In this document: piece after piece, positions 58,220-64,000 of the stretch
How the letters are laid out: every line of letters begins with the position of its first letter
Position numbering within the stretch: the first letter of the stretch is position 1
NCBI GenBank assembly: GCA_963681965.1
Contig: OY820579.1
Span: forward strand, 2,976,001-3,040,000
DNA length: 64,000 bases
Direction: 5' to 3'
Source: a bacterium
GTDB lineage: Bacteria; Electryoneota; JAOADG01
Program-made: the position numbers and the translations under genes
Notes under the pieces: model-generated
What the model was told of the DNA's origin: nothing
The model's input: only the letters and a program-made list of their open reading frames with translations
Databases searched by the model: none

Positions 58220-61200
58220 CTATTCTTCTGACTGAAAACTCTCTTTGAAGCCGAATTTCCGCTTTATCGTCTCTAACACATCATATGCTACTGGAACGAT
58301 GATCAATGTAAGTAGTGTTGATGAAATCAATCCTCCAATCACAACAACACCCAGTGCAACACGGAATTCTGCTGATGGACCCCATCCCAACGCAGTAGGG
58401 ATCATACCGAAAATCATCGCAAGTGTCGTCATCAAGATCGGTCGTAACCGAATTGGTCCAGCAATTAATAAAGCTTCATGAATCGATTTACCCGTTCGAC
58501 GAATGCGATTGGTAAAGTCGACTAAAAGGATCGAATTTTTCGTTACCAATCCCATTAACATGATTAGTCCAATAAATGCAAGCATGTCAAATGGTCGATG
58601 CGCAAACAACAAACCAAAGAAACCACCGATCACTGCAAACGGCAATGCCAGCATGATTGTAAATGGGTGCAGAAAGGAATTGAATTGCGATGCAAGAACC
58701 ATATACACAAATAAAATTGCCAGCGCCAATGCTAAGTACAAGGTTCCGAAACTCTCCTTATTCTGTGAAACTTGCCCCTCATACTTCAAGGTGTAACCAG
58801 GAGGTAACTTATAATCAGCAATCTTAGCTTTAATATCGCTGAATACATCTCCCAGACTTCGTTTCTCAATATTGGAGTTGATGATTGCTTGCCGAGTGCG
58901 ATCTTGTCGGTTGATCTGCGAAGGACCGACTGTCCTGACTAATTCGACAAATTCCGATAACGGGATGACCCGACCATCGCGAAGCGGATAACCGTAGGTA
59001 AGCAATTTCTCAGGATCGGATCGATCAGCACGGTTGAACCGAACATAGACATCGATCTCGTCCTCACCATCGCGAAATGCGGTAGCTTTCGATCCATCTA
59101 CGATCGTTCGAATCATCGCACCGATTTCAGCCGCAGTAACACCGAAGCGAGCTAAATTCTCGCGTTTCATGTGGTATTGAAACTCCGGTTTACCACTTCG
59201 TAAGGAGTTATCAAGATCAACAATACCGGAAACCAATTTGATACGCTGCTCCAAATCCGATGAGATTTTCTTTAAAACACTCACATCGGGACCTTGAACA
59301 TTAATTTGAATTGGACGTTGAGTAATGGTTGCCGATTTATTGCGAATACCGGTTGCCTCTTCTGCCGAGACACGTAATCCGGGTACAGCTTGCACAATTG
59401 GACGAATTTCTTCGCGAATTCGTTTCGAAATACCGATATGATTTGCATTCACCAGGATCGAGGCTTGATTTGCCGAACCATCTTGAGTTCCAACTGTCGT
59501 ATAGTATGACGCGGTTTCAGGATGTTTCCGGACAATTTCTTCGACTTTTTGCACTCGCCGATTCATTTCAGCAAGTGAGATATCCTGCGATGCTTCCATC
59601 ACAATGGAATACTGTCCGCGATCGCCCCGGGCATCTCCGGCAACACCCACGACCGATACGACATAAACCGAACTGATCAAAGTGACGATTGCAATCAAGA
59701 CTACGATCAGCCGATGCGATAATGCCCACCGCAGCATGCCTTGATAATTATCGTCAAGCGATGATAGTAAATTTCCGATTTTGTTTCCCAATGCACTGGC
59801 ACCGCTTTTCCCCGATTCAATCTTCTTAAAGAAATATGCCGAAAGCATTGGTGCTAAAGTGAATGCTTCAATAAGCGATATCAGTACCGCAACGGTTATA
59901 GTAACTCCAAATTGCCGGAAGAATTTTCCGGAAATTCCCGATGTGAATGCGATTGGTAGAAATACAGATACGACTGTCGTGGTGGTTGCCAAAACAGCTA
60001 AGGCAACTTCAGAAGTAGCTTCTCGTGCGGCTTTCCACGGCGACAATCCCTTTTCCATCCAGCGGAAAATATTCTCACGAACAACGATTGCATCGTCGAT
60101 TAACAAACCGATTGAGAGTGAAAGCGCCATCAGGGTGATTAAATTGATCGTGTACCCGAAGATGTAGACAAAAAAGAAAGTTCCAACCAAACACACCGGT
60201 AATCCTGCCACTGTAATGATTGTTCCGCGAAGATCACGGAAAAACAGCATTACGACCAGTGATGCTAGAATTATCCCTTCAAGCAATGCTGCGACAACAT
60301 CATCCCGCGAATTTCGAATAAAATCCGAATCATCGATTGCTAGATCGGCATGCAATTGCGGAAAATCTTTGGTTAATGTTTCCATCGCTTCGCGGATACG
60401 CTTAGCAACTGCGACAGTATTTGCACCTGACTGTTTCCGGATATCGATCGTAACGGATGGCTTTCCATTGCTTCGCGAAATCTGTCGAACTTCTTTAGAG
60501 GTATCGCGAACAGTGGCGACATCGCGTAACCGGATTGGATAATCGCGCACTTCCTTTACGACAATTGAATCGAATTCCGATGACCGTTTAACCGTAGCAT
60601 TCGTTTTCAATAAAAATTCCTGCGCCCCGTTGGTGACACGACCTCCCGGCAGTTCAATATTGGCGCTACGAATTGCATTAGTAACATCGTTAATGCTGAT
60701 GCCATAGGTCGACAATCGATCGCGAGAAACCGATATGGCAATTTCCCGTTCTTCACCACCCACCAATGAGATCGCAGCAACGCCGTCAATTCGTTCCAGA
60801 AACGGTTTTAATTTTTTCTCGACGATATAGCGTAAATCGCCGAGGGTTACATTCGGATCATTGGATGTGATCCCGTACGTCACGATTGGTTGATCGGCGG
60901 GATCGAATTTTTCATATTGAGGTTGAAGAATATCCATAGGCAGATTTTTGCGGATATTTTCAACTTTTTCACGGACTTCGGCAGCCTGTTCCTTGGCACT
61001 AAGTTCCAATTCAAATTCAACAACGACGATCGAAACACCTTCGGTCGAAGTAGATCGAATCTTTTTAACACCTTGCAAAACCGCGAGTGCTTCTTCAATC
61101 GGCTTGGTTACCTGATTTTCGACATCTTCCGGAGATGCTCCGGGATAGGGTACCATCACCGAGACAATCGGCATCGAGATATCCGGAAACAATTCAACCG

Positions 61201-61297
61201 GTAATCGCGAATATCCGATTACACCTAGTACAATAAGTGCTAGTACGCACATTGTGACAAACACGGGATATCGTATCGAGACATCAGCTAGTTTCAT
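58220..61297 (-). CDS. RND efflux permease (AcrB/AcrD/AcrF family)
   Basis: LPVELFPDI, GLLIDDAIVVRENI, GLVTKNSILLVD and RLRPILMTT. Confidence 0.95.
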   Translation of the reverse strand: MKLADVSIRYPVFVTMCVLALIVLGVIGYSRLPVELFPDISMPIVSVMVPYPGASPEDVENQVTKPIEEALAVLQGVKKIRSTSTEGVSIVVVEFELELSAKEQAAEVREKVENIRKNLPMDILQPQYEKFDPADQPIVTYGITSNDPNVTLGDLRYIVEKKLKPFLERIDGVAAISLVGGEEREIAISVSRDRLSTYGISINDVTNAIRSANIELPGGRVTNGAQEFLLKTNATVKRSSEFDSIVVKEVRDYPIRLRDVATVRDTSKEVRQISRSNGKPSVTIDIRKQSGANTVAVAKRIREAMETLTKDFPQLHADLAIDDSDFIRNSRDDVVAALLEGIILASLVVMLFFRDLRGTIITVAGLPVCLVGTFFFVYIFGYTINLITLMALSLSIGLLIDDAIVVRENIFRWMEKGLSPWKAAREATSEVALAVLATTTTVVSVFLPIAFTSGISGKFFRQFGVTITVAVLISLIEAFTLAPMLSAYFFKKIESGKSGASALGNKIGNLLSSLDDNYQGMLRWALSHRLIVVLIAIVTLISSVYVVSVVGVAGDARGDRGQYSIVMEASQDISLAEMNRRVQKVEEIVRKHPETASYYTTVGTQDGSANQASILVNANHIGISKRIREEIRPIVQAVPGLRVSAEEATGIRNKSATITQRPIQINVQGPDVSVLKKISSDLEQRIKLVSGIVDLDNSLRSGKPEFQYHMKRENLARFGVTAAEIGAMIRTIVDGSKATAFRDGEDEIDVYVRFNRADRSDPEKLLTYGYPLRDGRVIPLSEFVELVRTVGPSQINRQDRTRQAIINSNIEKRSLGDVFSDIKAKIADYKLPPGYTLKYEGQVSQNKESFGTLYLALALAILFVYMVLASQFNSFLHPFTIMLALPFAVIGGFFGLLFAHRPFDMLAFIGLIMLMGLVTKNSILLVDFTNRIRRTGKSIHEALLIAGPIRLRPILMTTLAMIFGMIPTALGWGPSAEFRVALGVVVIGGLISSTLLTLIIVPVAYDVLETIKRKFGFKESFQSEE

Positions 61298-62193
61298 GGC
61301 TGAGTACTCCCCGCCACGACAACTGTATCGCCATTATTAAGAAAATCTGCGCCACTACTGATCAGCGTATCGGCACTTGTGATTCCCGATCGAATTTCAA
61401 CGAGATCGCCCTCGCGAATACCGATCTCAACCGGTACTCTTCGAAATGCTGGAGCGCGATAGATCGCTGCAGTTGCTTTACCATTGTTCTCTTGGATTGC
61501 CGACCCCGGAACAAAAAGTGTCTCGTGTTGTTTATCGAGTAACCGGACTTTCAAAAACATGCCGGGCTTTATCCGTGAATCGACCAATCCGATTTCCACC
61601 GTCGTTGCCCGAGATTGTTCATTGGTAGTAGGATATATTTTCTTTACTAACCCCTTTATAACAGCGCCCGGAAACGCTTCGCATGAAAGCTCAGCAGTCA
61701 TACCTGTGCGTACTCGTCCGATGTCCTGTTGAGCAACCGGGACTTTAACGATAATCTCCGATATATCATCGATTGCGTAAATCGGCGTTTGGGAAGTAAT
61801 CGATGTTCCGTTATCGACAAATTTCTTCGAAATCACACCATTGGCAGGGCAGACCAGATCGGTCACAGAAAATTCTTGTGGCTGCAAATTCCGATCGATC
61901 TTTGCCAGCAGATCTCCCTTCTTTACAATCGAACCTACTGATACTTTCTGATCTAGAATTTTACCGCTTAAAGTTGAAGTGACAGTCACACTGCTGCTGG
62001 AAGCAGCATCTCCCCAAGTCTCGATTGCATCCGTTATGCTTTTGGAAATCGGCAGTGCGATCTCCACATGAGCTTTAACAACGACATTCGATTTTGAACG
62101 CAGAGCGGCTTTTTCTTGTACAGTCGATCGAACACGCCAAATTAGCAGCAGTACTATCAAGATGATGACAACCCATATAATCGCATTTTTCAT
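61294..62193 (-). CDS. RND periplasmic adaptor (membrane fusion protein)
   Basis: N-terminal anchor, lipoyl-like SGKI...GSIVKKGDLLAKID and IKPGMF. Very short or absent hairpin. Confidence 0.9.
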   Translation of the reverse strand: MKNAIIWVVIILIVLLLIWRVRSTVQEKAALRSKSNVVVKAHVEIALPISKSITDAIETWGDAASSSSVTVTSTLSGKILDQKVSVGSIVKKGDLLAKIDRNLQPQEFSVTDLVCPANGVISKKFVDNGTSITSQTPIYAIDDISEIIVKVPVAQQDIGRVRTGMTAELSCEAFPGAVIKGLVKKIYPTTNEQSRATTVEIGLVDSRIKPGMFLKVRLLDKQHETLFVPGSAIQENNGKATAAIYRAPAFRRVPVEIGIREGDLVEIRSGITSADTLISSGADFLNNGDTVVVAGSTQP

Positions 62194-63503
62194 TTCTCAA
62201 TCCTCTCCTGCAATTCAAATCGAAGTTCTCCGGTCGCTTTTTTTACACTAGCCAATGCTATTGTCCAATCATATAGCGCTTGTTCCCGACTCATGCGGGC
62301 AGTTGAAAGTGCTAACTCGGCATCGGCAACATCACGCGATGATGTTTGACCGCCGACAAATTCGTTTCGAGCCAATTGATAGGCTTCTTCTGCTTGTGTA
62401 ACGTAACGATCTTGTAGCCGCAATCGGCGCTCGGCATCGTCTAACGCGATCAATGCAAGTTTCATTTCGTTCGAAACAATCCGTTCAATATCAGAAGCTT
62501 GCCAATCGACTTGTTTTAACTGACTCTTCGATTGTTGCACTCTTGCTCGTGTCTGATGTCCATCGAATATTGGATAATTCAACTGTATTCCAATCGTCCA
62601 ATTCTGTTTTAAATCATTCGGATGAAACATATCCTGACCATTCGCCCAAATTAAATTCGCTGTCCCGTTGACCATGGGATAATACCCAACCTTGGATAGT
62701 TTGATACCGATTTCGGTTAGCGATTTCATTTGCTTCAACTGAGTGAATTCTATCCGCTTCTGAATAGCAACAGACATTAATGAATCGAGGGAATAATCTG
62801 TCAACCGATACTGAAGCGAATCAGACGGTTCATCGCTGTCATTGATCGATCGTCCAGTGAGATATGAAAGCATCCGAATCGCACGACTACGATTGGCTTT
62901 TGCCGATTCCCAATTCGTTAAAAATTGATCGGCTTGGACTTGTGCACGCAATAAATCGAATTTTGAGATTTGACCTGCTTCAAAGCGTTTTTGCGCAAGA
63001 TTGGCATTGTCAAACGACGATTCCTTCGACTTTCGCGCAACTCCCTCTACTTTTCGAGATAATACCCAATTCCAATAACTAGTCGTTACAGAATAAGCGA
63101 GATCCTGTTCAATTTTATCGCGATCGGAAGTACTTCGTGTTCGATTGATCCGTTGAAGTTCGATCGTGTTGCTCACGCGCTTTCCATCGAAGATTAGTTG
63201 AGACGCTTGAAAACCGAACCGATAGGAATTATCCGGTGAGAATTTAATAATCTGGTTGCCGAATTTTGCTTCGGTAATTACACCGTTATGCGTAACAATG
63301 CCATTTGCAGAAAGTGAAGGTAAGATTTGTCCACTGATTTCGTCTATCTTTGAATCCAATTCATTCGATTTCTCGATCAAAACCGATCGCTGAGCGTTGT
63401 ATTGCAGCGCATCGCGATAGCAATCGGAAAGCGACAAATTACTTGCAAATACCGATAATGGGAGTAAACAAAGAATTAATTGCACCAATCTGATGTGGGT
63501 CAT
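62190..63503 (-). CDS. TolC-family outer-membrane efflux protein
   Basis: ASQLIFDG, RFEAGQISKFDLLRAQ and LNYPIFDG. ATGA overlaps with both neighbours. Confidence 0.9.
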   Translation of the reverse strand: MTHIRLVQLILCLLPLSVFASNLSLSDCYRDALQYNAQRSVLIEKSNELDSKIDEISGQILPSLSANGIVTHNGVITEAKFGNQIIKFSPDNSYRFGFQASQLIFDGKRVSNTIELQRINRTRSTSDRDKIEQDLAYSVTTSYWNWVLSRKVEGVARKSKESSFDNANLAQKRFEAGQISKFDLLRAQVQADQFLTNWESAKANRSRAIRMLSYLTGRSINDSDEPSDSLQYRLTDYSLDSLMSVAIQKRIEFTQLKQMKSLTEIGIKLSKVGYYPMVNGTANLIWANGQDMFHPNDLKQNWTIGIQLNYPIFDGHQTRARVQQSKSQLKQVDWQASDIERIVSNEMKLALIALDDAERRLRLQDRYVTQAEEAYQLARNEFVGGQTSSRDVADAELALSTARMSREQALYDWTIALASVKKATGELRFELQERIEK

Positions 63504-63958
63504 TGTTGTTGCTCCCATCGGTGCAATATTTGAGCAATTTTCGATAGATTGATTACTGATTGTTCAAACGTTTTTTGTTGACGAGGTGTCAAGCGATTTA
63601 AAAAATCGGTAAAACTAGAGATCATCATCTTGCGATGGCGATTCAAAAAGGAATGTCCTCGAGCCGAAAGCTTTAACTTCGTTTCTCGACGGTCTTCCGG
63701 ATTGATTTCACGTAAGATCCAACCCGATTTCACCAGTTTTTCGATCAATTCAGACGCTGCCGGAGACTTAATCTTCAGAGACTTCGCAACCTCTTTAAGA
63801 GTCCAAAATGGTTGCGTCGACATAACTGCAAGCGCTTGAAATTGCTGTACCGATAAATCGGGGGAATGCATCGCCTTCGATCCCATTCGGTGGAAAGTTT
63901 TCATCGTATCGTGAAAAATCATTACCAATCGTTCGGCTCGATCGTCATTACCAGCCAT
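63500..63958 (-). CDS. MarR family transcriptional regulator
   Basis: LSVQQFQAL...ASELIEKLVKSGWI.R...EDRR...LSARG. First gene of the efflux operon, with a GGAG RBS. Confidence 0.92.
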   Translation of the reverse strand: MAGNDDRAERLVMIFHDTMKTFHRMGSKAMHSPDLSVQQFQALAVMSTQPFWTLKEVAKSLKIKSPAASELIEKLVKSGWILREINPEDRRETKLKLSARGHSFLNRHRKMMISSFTDFLNRLTPRQQKTFEQSVINLSKIAQILHRWEQQQ

Positions 63959-64000
63959 CGCTAACTCCGATATTTGATTGAGTATTTTTCGATTATGTAT

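Overview
Chromosomal window from a Gram-negative bacterium, probably of the FCB superphylum but outside classical Bacteroidota. This is inferred from eight exported proteins with T9SS-like C-terminal sorting domains, a PorV/PorP-like barrel, bshA, and the presence of ordinary AGGAG/GAGG Shine-Dalgarno sites. Recognisable housekeeping and envelope genes are add, metH, bshA, lpoB plus a COG3014 lipoprotein, fetAB-like ABC genes, a ROK kinase, asparaginase II, lemA-htpX-RDD-RDD, an NtrC-type activator and a MarR-TolC-MFP-RND efflux operon. There are three HD/HD-GYP proteins, exported peptidases (S8, M28, S41/tricorn-like), a probable 6S RNA on the minus strand and a cluster of REP-like palindromes. 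No tRNA, rRNA, CRISPR array, transposase, integrase or reverse transcriptase was seen. The best candidates for undescribed biology are: (i) a three-gene operon at 6.9-12.5 kb (OB-fold surface protein, dedicated PorV/PorP-like barrel, helix-hairpin-helix beta-barrel) that could capture or import nucleic acid; (ii) a DUF4920 protein with a 7 x 11-aa CxxxC tail; (iii) a sigma54-driven small-ORF/6S RNA locus with potential long-range RNA pairing; (iv) sharp GC breaks inside genes that suggest domain or CTD cassette swapping. All family assignments come from motif recognition by eye; no database search was run.
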